Assembly (NCBI GenBank): GCA_000002435.2
Contig: CM018789.1
Reading direction: 5' to 3' (one strand)
Length of the DNA: 64,000 nt
Source: Giardia intestinalis
Lineage: Eukaryota
Part shown: positions 26,770 through 34,789 of the stretch, piece after piece
How positions within the stretch are numbered: position 1 is the stretch's first letter
How the letters are laid out: every line of letters begins with the position of its first letter
The notes under the pieces: generated by a model
The model's input: only the letters and a program-made list of their open reading frames with translations
What the model was told of the DNA's origin: nothing
Databases searched by the model: none
Translations under genes and position numbers: made by a program

Positions 26770-27891
26770 ATGAATGTCCACGAGAGAGCTGCAGTATTGC
26801 ATGGATCCAGGCGGGGATCGGCACTGTTAAGCAGTAACGAGCCTGCAGACACCTTTACTACATGCTACAAGCAAATCGATTTACACACAATGGCCCTGAC
26901 GGAGACGACCCTAGAGGCCGTTTTAGATGCCACGAAAATGAGCACTAGCTACTATCACAAGTTACTTTCTGTCTCTAGCTATATAACAAGGTGCAATCAC
27001 GGACTCTTTATCTTTGTTCCAGGTATGCGACTTATTATCACGAAAGAGTATGCCTATATACTATGTGAAGAAAGAGCTCCATCATCATCATCATCTCTCC
27101 AAACCACCAAATGGTATGAGGAATTGCACACTCTTCTTAAGGACTCAGCTGAAGTCTGTAATAGGCAATCTGACAAGTCCTTGGACAAGGCCCTTGTCAA
27201 CCTTTTCAATATAAGTAGTATTGGCACCGCCTCGTCTCCAGAAGCAGTTGTAACTTCAGCAGTGGTAGATTTACTTTGTAAGTGGAACGCTAAAGAGTAC
27301 GCAGCAAACAGACATCAGTTCTCCAGCGCCCGTGAGGCCAATAATCTCATTTTGATGCAGGTAGCACTTCAGCAACACGAGCAGCATATTTCGAAACTCG
27401 ACACTATTCTATACTGCGTAGACTACTTCATAAACCAGAAGTTCTTTCCTTCTAACAAAGAGGATAATGAAGCCTCTTCAGCACTGGATGAAATCATGAA
27501 TTTCTTGAAGTTCCTTAGTAGGAGTCTCTACGCCCTCAAGTATCAAATTGCAGAATATACAGAGTATTCTAACCTGTACCTCAGCAATTACAGAGATACT
27601 CTTGATCGCAAGCGCAACAAACTGATAAAGATCCAGCTACATATAACCTATATTTCGCTGGGCATCGGGTTCGTTTCTCTGATCTCAGGGATCTTTGGTA
27701 TAAACTTGATGAACTTTGCTAATTATCCCGATGAGCCTCCACTGCCTTACTTGCAGTGGAGCCAGATGGGTTCCTTTAAGCCGGTCCCCCTCTATATCAT
27801 CTGTCTTGTGTCGTTTGGGATCTTTTCTATTGTCGTAAGCATGCTCACATGGTACACGCGTGCAAAGCTGGATTATGAGGACAAGAGGTAA
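26770..27891 (+). CDS. CorA/Mrs2-family Mg2+ transporter-like protein with G-I-N variant of the GMN motif
   Basis: ATG at 26770. The C-terminal two-TM topology is typical of CorA/Mrs2: ITYISLGIGFVSLISGIFGINLMNF (compare Mrs2 ...GIYGMNF) at the end of TM1, a short acidic/Pro loop, TM2 LYIICLVSFGIFSIVVSMLTWY, then a basic tail RAKL. Confidence 0.55.
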   Translation: MNVHERAAVLHGSRRGSALLSSNEPADTFTTCYKQIDLHTMALTETTLEAVLDATKMSTSYYHKLLSVSSYITRCNHGLFIFVPGMRLIITKEYAYILCEERAPSSSSSLQTTKWYEELHTLLKDSAEVCNRQSDKSLDKALVNLFNISSIGTASSPEAVVTSAVVDLLCKWNAKEYAANRHQFSSAREANNLILMQVALQQHEQHISKLDTILYCVDYFINQKFFPSNKEDNEASSALDEIMNFLKFLSRSLYALKYQIAEYTEYSNLYLSNYRDTLDRKRNKLIKIQLHITYISLGIGFVSLISGIFGINLMNFANYPDEPPLPYLQWSQMGSFKPVPLYIICLVSFGIFSIVVSMLTWYTRAKLDYEDKR

Positions 27892-27916
27892 TAAATTCAC
27901 AGTCAGTAAAGCAGAA

Positions 27917-28306
27917 TCAGTGGATTTCTACGTGCTTCTTGAGGGCCTTCAGAGCATCCTCTGCCTTTTGGTATATCTTCTTATAGGTTTTACGGTCCTC
28001 ACCGTCCGAGGCATCCTTGCTCGGTTCCTGAAGAAGAACGACAGACGCAGTGCCCGTCGTACCAGCGGCCTCAGCAAGCGCCTTCTTGGATTTGATGAAG
28101 AAGTACGGGATGCCATTTTGTTCACAAAGCACTGGAAGGTGCGCAAAGACATAAATGGGGTGGGTATCTGCTGCGATGATGCATATGCCTTTACGACCGC
28201 GTCGGATGTACTTCGCCACCTCCTTGGTTCCCCTGGCAAGGGTCTTTGCCTCTCGGGCCCTGACAATGAGCTTTGAGGCTTTGTGTTCTACTTTCTCCTC
28301 TGCCAT
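27917..28306 (-). CDS. NHP2: H/ACA snoRNP protein NHP2-like (L7Ae/L30e family)
   Basis: Start set at the internal ATG 28306 (MAEEKVEHKASK, compare yeast Nhp2 N-terminus ...KEHKESK). The track ORF extends upstream with a TTG start and would overlap the divergent gene. L7Ae core: LARGTKEVAKYIRRGRKGICIIAADTHPIYVFAHLPVLCEQNGIPYFFIKSKKALAEAAG. The C-terminal K/E-rich tail aligns with the Nhp2 tail. Confidence 0.7.
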   Translation of the reverse strand: MAEEKVEHKASKLIVRAREAKTLARGTKEVAKYIRRGRKGICIIAADTHPIYVFAHLPVLCEQNGIPYFFIKSKKALAEAAGTTGTASVVLLQEPSKDASDGEDRKTYKKIYQKAEDALKALKKHVEIH

Positions 28307-28424
28307 CGGAAACGTGACAGATACCGAGGACTTCATTTCGGAGGAAGTCACAGAGTGAGACATAGCCGCCAGAGCGATTTTAAAATGAGAGGTACAGAAA
28401 GAAAAAAGGTTTACGAGCGCTATC

Positions 28425-30230
28425 ATGGGCATTGCCCTGGTCCTTTTCTTGCTCTGCACCGTTGTTGGTGACTTTTCTTCTTGCTTTGCAGACAACTCCA
28501 GTTTGCAAATAGACTTGCAGAACAACGCATTTGTTTTAAAGCTATGGAAGAAGACGTCGCAGGCCAGTAAGCAATCAACGGAGAATTTGGTTTGTTACAC
28601 TTTAGACGAGCTCTATGCAGGCACTGATAACGAGTGCTTGGTGTACTCTAAGGGCTTTAATGCTACGCTCAGAAACGAATATCTATCCATGAAGACCGTA
28701 CACAACGGTGCGCCTGCAGATGAGGTCACCTTAACATTTTTGTGCCCATTCGATGAGTTCACTTGTCGTGGACTTGCGGCAGAGATTGTTTCATTCAAAT
28801 ATGCCCTTTCAGTTTACATTTCTGGTACAGCCATTGAGGTCTCCAAGAACGTCAAGACCGTTACTATCATTAGCTACGATCATTCTAATTGCTGGTCAAA
28901 CCCCTACATCATATATAACATCAATACAGACTATGACCCTACCTATCTCTGCGTCGTTGTGCTGCCCCGTGCATGCGACCTTCCAACGCGTTTACCGGTA
29001 TCTTTTTCTGCGGCATTTATTTCTGTCAAGGCCAACAACTCCCAGACCCTTTTAACAACCCTTTCCGTTACACCAGTTGATAAGGACAGTAGTGACATTA
29101 AAGATAAGGTAGGTAAGCTACCCGTTGATCTACTATTCAGCACTCCATATGTGCACTCCAGTACGGTATACTTCTGCTGCATTTGTGATCTGCTCCCCAC
29201 TACGGACGAGCAGGAGAAGTGCATATCGCAAATAGCGACGATTTCGCAAAATATCGACTTGTCGGCAGTCCTTAGTTATAGAGCTTCCTACAGCAACGGT
29301 GATATCTCAGTGAGTACTACAATCTACACATCCACATCAACGTACACAACGGCACGCTACAGCAATTGCTTTCTTGACCCTCAGGTGTGGCTTTACCCAA
29401 ATGCAGTGCAGATTCAGCTCACTCCGTCTCCCCTTCGCGATCCTGAAAATTGTAGAAACCCTATTGGATTGAGTTCTACGCACATGAGGATTGACTTGAT
29501 CAATACCAAAAACTACACTCAAATGGCCACCCAAGAAGTCCCATTAAAAGCCTTTTCGTGGGAGAAACAGACATACTGGCTGTTCTGTGAAACAGACACC
29601 TGCAATGACATTCTACGGGCTGCCCAAGGCGATCTCATTCAGCTTCAGGTAATGCAATATATTTCTTTTCTTTCTGACTCTAAAGACATTCTGGACACTG
29701 TAATCATCGCTGCTCCCAACCAGAACATAACGTGCCTAAATGGGGTGGAGATCTCTCTTTCTGAGCGCTCACTTAAGGTGCTCTTCACACTAAATACTCG
29801 CTCATGTCTGCCCCTTCAGGATACCCTTTCCCAAAGGGCTTTCTATCGAGTGGCTTTCTACGAGTCTTCCAGTCCAAATGTGGCGACTCAAAACTTTACC
29901 ATGAAGGGTAGAATGACGCGCGTCATAAATGATTACACAGTGGGGCAGGAGGTTCCAATGACATGTGCTAATGTGGACGTCTCATACACATCGATGACCT
30001 GCCGTGAGTTCTTCTCTTGGATGAGGAAGGCTGCAAAGAAGAAGACACTGGTTGCGACCATAATCTATGGAGACTTTGTCTACACCATCACCAAGATCTA
30101 CTACGACGGCTCCGGCTTTTTGATTGGGCTGTCGGTTTCCTTGGGGGCCCTCATTGCCATTGGGGCTTCTGTATACACGTATCTGAGTGTTCGGCGCTTT
30201 ATGCGGGTCATCAACAAGTTAACATTATAG
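28425..30230 (+). CDS. Hypothetical type-I membrane protein (signal peptide plus single C-terminal TM)
   Basis: ATG at 28425. Signal peptide MGIALVLFLLCTVVGDFSSCFA. A roughly 540-aa Cys-containing ectodomain with N-glycosylation sequons. TM segment GFLIGLSVSLGALIAIGASVYTYL, then a short basic tail. Confidence 0.55.
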   Translation: MGIALVLFLLCTVVGDFSSCFADNSSLQIDLQNNAFVLKLWKKTSQASKQSTENLVCYTLDELYAGTDNECLVYSKGFNATLRNEYLSMKTVHNGAPADEVTLTFLCPFDEFTCRGLAAEIVSFKYALSVYISGTAIEVSKNVKTVTIISYDHSNCWSNPYIIYNINTDYDPTYLCVVVLPRACDLPTRLPVSFSAAFISVKANNSQTLLTTLSVTPVDKDSSDIKDKVGKLPVDLLFSTPYVHSSTVYFCCICDLLPTTDEQEKCISQIATISQNIDLSAVLSYRASYSNGDISVSTTIYTSTSTYTTARYSNCFLDPQVWLYPNAVQIQLTPSPLRDPENCRNPIGLSSTHMRIDLINTKNYTQMATQEVPLKAFSWEKQTYWLFCETDTCNDILRAAQGDLIQLQVMQYISFLSDSKDILDTVIIAAPNQNITCLNGVEISLSERSLKVLFTLNTRSCLPLQDTLSQRAFYRVAFYESSSPNVATQNFTMKGRMTRVINDYTVGQEVPMTCANVDVSYTSMTCREFFSWMRKAAKKKTLVATIIYGDFVYTITKIYYDGSGFLIGLSVSLGALIAIGASVYTYLSVRRFMRVINKLTL

Positions 30231-30255
30231 AATTAAAATAGGTTTCTTAAGGTCT

Positions 30256-33129
30256 ATGGCGAGAAAGTGTCGCAAAAAGGAGGCCTTAAGTGAATACAAG
30301 CGTCCTACTTTCATCCGGCAAATTCTCACCTGCCTCTACAAACAGTGGCTCGCCCTAATTCAAAGCCCTCAGTCCTACATCATTATTTTCGGGGTTCCTG
30401 TCCTCACAATCTTCGTTCTTTACATAGTTCAGACTGCGATCTACTCTCAGAGTTCGTTTCTCTCGTATGCCTCTACGACATCCAAAGACTTTATCGAGAG
30501 GTTCCCATCGGACACGATTGTCTGGCCCACATGTGCTAACAGTGACCCCGAATTGATTCAGAAGCGCTGTGTTGATTTTGCCGTCTGTATTGCTGATGCT
30601 TCTGACAAGGCTGATTCGGGGACCAAAGGTGCTACTGATCTCGCTCAGACCTACGAAATTGTTAACTTCCTCATTAAGAGACACAACCTGGAGACGGTTA
30701 TCATCTATGACGAAGATTGCAGCACGTTCTTTTACGACCTCTCGGACGTCCTGCGTCCAAATGATACGGTTGTAGCCTTAAAGTTTGGTGCTTTGGAAAA
30801 GGACTCGGGCCAGAAGCCGATCAGCATCTACTCGTCATCAATGCGCTATCAGCCAAAGCTGACGCCGGACACACGCTTTGTTCACTTTGATAGCAATCGG
30901 AATATGTTTGTACCCGTCATCAAAGGGATTTATGAGGCATTTGCAGTTGTATATCAAAACGAGGCTAGTTCGTTCACAATTCCATCACCAAAGCTTGTCT
31001 CCTGGCCGCACTTGGCCTATAATGAATATAAACCGATAACCATGCTTGTCGGTATGCTTGTTACCCTGTCCTCTGCTGCACTACTTAGCTTGCTTGCTTC
31101 AATGCTGCTTTCTGACCTGTCTCATCCGTGCTGCTCTCTTATGGAGTTTCTGGGGCTCACTGTGCCTGCGCGTCTGATAGCCTGGCTCATAATAGCTATC
31201 CCCGTGGCGGTGATCCAGCCGCTCATGCTCTACGTCTCAGGTATAGTGATGAAGATCCCTCTTTATTCTAGCCTCCCTGCAAGGTTAGGGTACTTTCCTC
31301 TGTTTGTCTTCTCTTTGACGCTCATCCCTACTGCGATGCTCATCTCCGTTTGCTGCAGCAAGAACATTGCGTACCCAGCACTGCCGACAAATAACCCTAC
31401 GTCCGTTGCTACGTACATCGTTGGAATTATTACTGTCATGAGCATTATTATTCTCGCCCCCATATCCTCCACGGTTTTCAAGACCAGTGATGTCCATTCT
31501 GTTTCTGCAAGTATAAACAGCATTTTTGGCGAAAAACAAGAGGTAGGATTGCCTGTCAAGGTTACCTCGTATATTTTGCGACAAATCAACTTTGCTGTTG
31601 GACTGGCATGCTGTTCACTTGGCATCATCGATAGCAAGAATAATCTTAACTCGTTGGGCATCAACGAAAAGGAACTTTGGTGGGTTTTATGGGACGGAGT
31701 GTGGATGCTTTTAGTTGCTATCTTAATCACATGGATTAAGATTTTCATAGCAAGGACACCTTCCTGTGGAAAATGCTGCGAATCTGCGGCCAGTAAGAAG
31801 GAAAGCGTATGTAAAACCGCGTCCTCTGTTTCTAAGTCAAAGAACTCGATTGCGTCACACTTAAAGGTGGGCACCCCCCAGTTACGACTACGATCGCTGT
31901 TTGAAGATGGCAACTCTATGCATCGTAGCTCTGCGGCAGGAGAAGGCAGCAGCACAGCGTTAGGATACTCGTCGTCAAATGCCGCCATAAACCCAATACA
32001 ATTGGAAGACTCGACCTCTAATAACCCAATCAGCCACTCAGAGATGGACAGACCCAGGAGTCTGCACAGACCAGGAGAAATGGAGGTTCTTAATATCCTT
32101 TCAGACCCCGTGCGCTTGAGCGACACGTTGATAATTCGCAATCTTGTGAAAAGGTACAAAGACTTTAAGGCACTGTCAGGAATAGATATGTACATTGGCC
32201 CTGGTGAATGTATATGCATTAATGGAATCAATGGGTCCGGCAAATCCACGTTGCTCCACTGTATTGTCCACCTGGAGCAGTACAGTAGCGGAAGGATCTC
32301 ATATCCCAAAACTATTGGGTTTGTTTCGCAGTATAATACGTTGTGGGATAATCTTACAGCATCCCAGCATATCAAGCTCATGTTGAGAGCGCGGGGATTA
32401 CCTACAACGGCTGCAAACGTCAGTGCTGCACTGGAAGAGGTCGGCTTGGGAGGTGTAGAGAAACGTAAGGTAGGACAGTTCTCCTACGGAATGAAGAGGC
32501 GCACTTGTCTCGCCATGGCCCTTGCTGGAAGGCCCTCTCTATTTCTGCTCGACGAGGTTACGTCTGGGGTCGATCCTGGCTCAAAGGAGAAAATTTGGGC
32601 AGTCATTCAAAGACAACAGCAACAGAGGTCTGCGGTTGTACTAACGTCGCACTCCATCCGCGAGTGTGAGATCCTGGGCACTCGGATAGTCATAATGGGC
32701 GCAGGAAAGGTGGCAGCTGTAGGGTCCTCAAGCGAGCTTAAAAACTCGCATGTATATGGCTATTCGTTAACTGTAGAAGCTGTGCATACGGATGGGATAA
32801 CGTCTGAACAAGTCATGCACAATATTCATGCATCCGGGGTCCTTGATGGTGTATCGGACGCCGCTGCAGCCCTTGCGCTGGCAGAGGCCGACTCTGTCCA
32901 CGGAAAGCCGAGGGTGGGGAAGATCAAGCTCCGCCAGGTCACGGGCAGGATCGTGATCGTGGAGCTTCCGAAGCTGCCCCTCCCGGCTGTGGCGGCTGTC
33001 TACCGGGGGATAAAGGCGCTGGAGGCAGTCAGATCTGTGGCCCTCCGCTCCCCCAACCTGGAGCCCATATTCACCGAGTACGCCCTCCTCAGCGAGAGGA
33101 AGGATGACGGGTCCCCGGTGTCCCTGTAG
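30256..33129 (+). CDS. ABC transporter, ABCA-like half transporter (TMD-NBD)
   Basis: ATG at 30256. N-terminal multi-TM domain, then the NBD: Walker A GINGSGKSTLLHCIV, Q-loop, ABC signature FSYGMKRRTCLAMALAG (ABCA-type YSGGMxRK), Walker B LFLLDEVTSGVDP, H-loop TSHSI, and the LEPIFTEY (LEEVF-like) C-terminal motif. The last ~280 bp are GC-rich and overlap the 3' end of the next gene. Confidence 0.8.
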   Translation: MARKCRKKEALSEYKRPTFIRQILTCLYKQWLALIQSPQSYIIIFGVPVLTIFVLYIVQTAIYSQSSFLSYASTTSKDFIERFPSDTIVWPTCANSDPELIQKRCVDFAVCIADASDKADSGTKGATDLAQTYEIVNFLIKRHNLETVIIYDEDCSTFFYDLSDVLRPNDTVVALKFGALEKDSGQKPISIYSSSMRYQPKLTPDTRFVHFDSNRNMFVPVIKGIYEAFAVVYQNEASSFTIPSPKLVSWPHLAYNEYKPITMLVGMLVTLSSAALLSLLASMLLSDLSHPCCSLMEFLGLTVPARLIAWLIIAIPVAVIQPLMLYVSGIVMKIPLYSSLPARLGYFPLFVFSLTLIPTAMLISVCCSKNIAYPALPTNNPTSVATYIVGIITVMSIIILAPISSTVFKTSDVHSVSASINSIFGEKQEVGLPVKVTSYILRQINFAVGLACCSLGIIDSKNNLNSLGINEKELWWVLWDGVWMLLVAILITWIKIFIARTPSCGKCCESAASKKESVCKTASSVSKSKNSIASHLKVGTPQLRLRSLFEDGNSMHRSSAAGEGSSTALGYSSSNAAINPIQLEDSTSNNPISHSEMDRPRSLHRPGEMEVLNILSDPVRLSDTLIIRNLVKRYKDFKALSGIDMYIGPGECICINGINGSGKSTLLHCIVHLEQYSSGRISYPKTIGFVSQYNTLWDNLTASQHIKLMLRARGLPTTAANVSAALEEVGLGGVEKRKVGQFSYGMKRRTCLAMALAGRPSLFLLDEVTSGVDPGSKEKIWAVIQRQQQQRSAVVLTSHSIRECEILGTRIVIMGAGKVAAVGSSSELKNSHVYGYSLTVEAVHTDGITSEQVMHNIHASGVLDGVSDAAAALALAEADSVHGKPRVGKIKLRQVTGRIVIVELPKLPLPAVAAVYRGIKALEAVRSVALRSPNLEPIFTEYALLSERKDDGSPVSL

Positions 33130-34495
33130 AGGGGCTAGTGTGAACATGTTTTTCGAGGTAGTCGTCAATGCCCAGCGTCTCCCCGCTGGTGGTCAACACC
33201 CGTGTGTTCTCTCCGCAGACGGCCGGGTTGATGTGCGGGTTGTGGAGCTCCGAGATCTGGCTCGAGCATGCCTGGGCAGGGTCGCCGGAGGAGGAGAGGG
33301 CGCCGTCCCAGAACTCGTTCCCCGGGAGCGCGTTCCCGTCCCACGCGTACGAGACCACCAGGAGCTTGCCTCTGTGCTCCGCCGGCAGGCTGTCGTGGGG
33401 GTTTCGCCTGGAGAAGCGCACGCGGATGTGCTCGTAGGTCGCCCGGGGGAGGGCCTGGGCGGTGAACCACGCAAAGTCCAGGTCGCTTATGCCCGCGAGA
33501 CGCCCTGCCAGCCTTGCGAGGCAGCGGGCGAAGGTCTCGAGGAAGACGGGCTCCTGGGCCGGAGACAGCGCCCAGACGCCCAGCCCGATCCCGACAACGT
33601 GAACGTAGGCCCTCGTGCCGGCGCGGGTGGCGCGGGAGTGTGCCTCCAGCAAAAGGGTCTCGAAGGAGATCGCCAGCCTTGCAGAGTACGCCTGCCTATT
33701 CAGATACAGGTCCCCGATCGGAAGGTACTTGTCGGAATCTGCGCTGCTCCTAACCCGGTCGTACAGCGGAAGGCACGGGAGACCGTAGAGCTCGGCCCAC
33801 ATCTGCCTCCACGAAGCGGCCGCCGTGGGCTCTCCGGAGGGCTCTCCATACCCGCGCGCCCTAACGTTCTGGTCCTTGGAGACGACGACCTCCTCCCACT
33901 CCATGACGCCCTCCTTTTCCAGGCGAGGGCCGATGAGCCCGATCACAACCCCGTGGCTCTGGACGGCCTCGCGAGACGGCACCGGAACGCCCCTGTTCTC
34001 CCGGGACCCGTTGTTGATAAACACGCTGTACGAGCTGACCGACAGGAGCGCAGAGAGCTTGATCTCGTCGTAGGTCAAGCGCTCTGGCAGCGAGCCCCCG
34101 CCCCAGCCGCGCCCCCGCGTGCCGTCCAGTAGCGTGAAGGAGTCCTCGCAGCCGTAGAAGGATACCGCTCTTTTTGTGAGGAGGCGGTGGACAAGCGCGG
34201 TGACGGTCATGCCGCGATACAGCTCCCTCTCGGAAGGCGTTCCGTGGCGGGCCTTGTGGCGGAGGAAGCTGGCGTAGAGGCGCACCGCAGACTCGTGAAG
34301 CAGGGGGTACGCGGACTCGGCGAAGGCCGACAGCTGCTGCGGAGAGGCCACGCCGCGCTGGAGAAGGTACTGGCAGCGGACAGTCTGGACCGGAAAGGGC
34401 ACGGAAAACCGGGCGCTCCTGGACATGAGCGCCGCCAGCAGGGGGCATTGATCCGCCCGTGGCTGCTCTCCCAGCGGCTCTGCAGTGCTAATCAT
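33089..34495 (-). CDS. GC-rich gene encoding a 468-aa protein; possible macrodomain / bacterial-type PARG (DUF2263)-like ADP-ribose-processing enzyme
   Basis: It is the longest and only compositionally protein-like frame in a ~68% GC block. The opposite-strand ORFs there are R/G/P/A junk. The track start at 34543 is GTG. The ATG at 34495 (caagataaaATGatt) gives MISTAEPLGEQ.... Macrodomain-like motifs in the right order: RGRGWGGGSLPERLTYDEI (Gly-rich loop, GGG-X8-[QY][ED]E) and, about 165 aa later, YVHVVGIGLGVWALSPAQEPVFLETFARCL (compare GAWGCGVFxNDPAQVAxAFA of microbial PARGs). Assignment is from recalled motifs only. Confidence 0.5.
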   Translation of the reverse strand: MISTAEPLGEQPRADQCPLLAALMSRSARFSVPFPVQTVRCQYLLQRGVASPQQLSAFAESAYPLLHESAVRLYASFLRHKARHGTPSERELYRGMTVTALVHRLLTKRAVSFYGCEDSFTLLDGTRGRGWGGGSLPERLTYDEIKLSALLSVSSYSVFINNGSRENRGVPVPSREAVQSHGVVIGLIGPRLEKEGVMEWEEVVVSKDQNVRARGYGEPSGEPTAAASWRQMWAELYGLPCLPLYDRVRSSADSDKYLPIGDLYLNRQAYSARLAISFETLLLEAHSRATRAGTRAYVHVVGIGLGVWALSPAQEPVFLETFARCLARLAGRLAGISDLDFAWFTAQALPRATYEHIRVRFSRRNPHDSLPAEHRGKLLVVSYAWDGNALPGNEFWDGALSSSGDPAQACSSQISELHNPHINPAVCGENTRVLTTSGETLGIDDYLEKHVHTSPSTGTPGTRHPSSR

Positions 34496-34789
34496 TTTAT
34501 CTTGGCGCTCACGGTCCCGAGGCGCCAAGCTGTGGGGTGCCACGACGGCAGAGGAGGCGCACAGCTCTGACCGCCTCTAGGGCACAGGGTTGCAAATATT
34601 GTAGGTTTGTGTAGAAGGCGGAATTACCTAAGCCGCATTAGATAATCCGTGATCCATTTCTCATCTTGCCAGATAGTGCTACTTTGGATCAGGAGATGGA
34701 CAAAGTCCAGCATTAGTTCGTACCAGCAGCACAATATATGATGGCCATTGTATAGAGTACTGCCCTAAAACACAATCTATTCCAGTAGG

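Noticed and set aside
27058-27080. (CAT)n microsatellite giving His or Ser runs depending on frame
   Set aside because: Only about 5 units. In the real CorA-like frame it encodes a short Ser run and has no regulatory significance.
27860-28525. Upstream extension of the NHP2-like ORF to 28525 and the overlapping plus ORF 27860..28276
   Set aside because: The extension starts at TTG, has no homology and would overlap the divergent neighbour's ATG. NHP2 similarity begins at the internal MAEEKVEHK Met. The plus ORF is antisense to the L7Ae core.
31806-31811. GTATGT (canonical 5' splice-site-like hexamer) inside the ABC gene
   Set aside because: The reading frame is continuous through it and no downstream branch or acceptor consensus follows. 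Treated as chance.
31263-32381. Minus-strand 372-aa ORF inside the ABC transporter gene
   Set aside because: Antisense to a gene with Walker A/B and ABC signature motifs. No motifs of its own.
33104-34132. Plus-strand 342-aa ORF, plus other long ORFs in every frame (33165..33470, 33193..33474, 33861..34448 and others) across the GC-rich island
   Set aside because: High GC removes stop codons in all frames. These translations are Arg/Gly/Pro/Ala-rich junk (RRRRGRRPRTRSPGARSRP...), antisense or offset to the single protein-like frame (33089-34495, minus).
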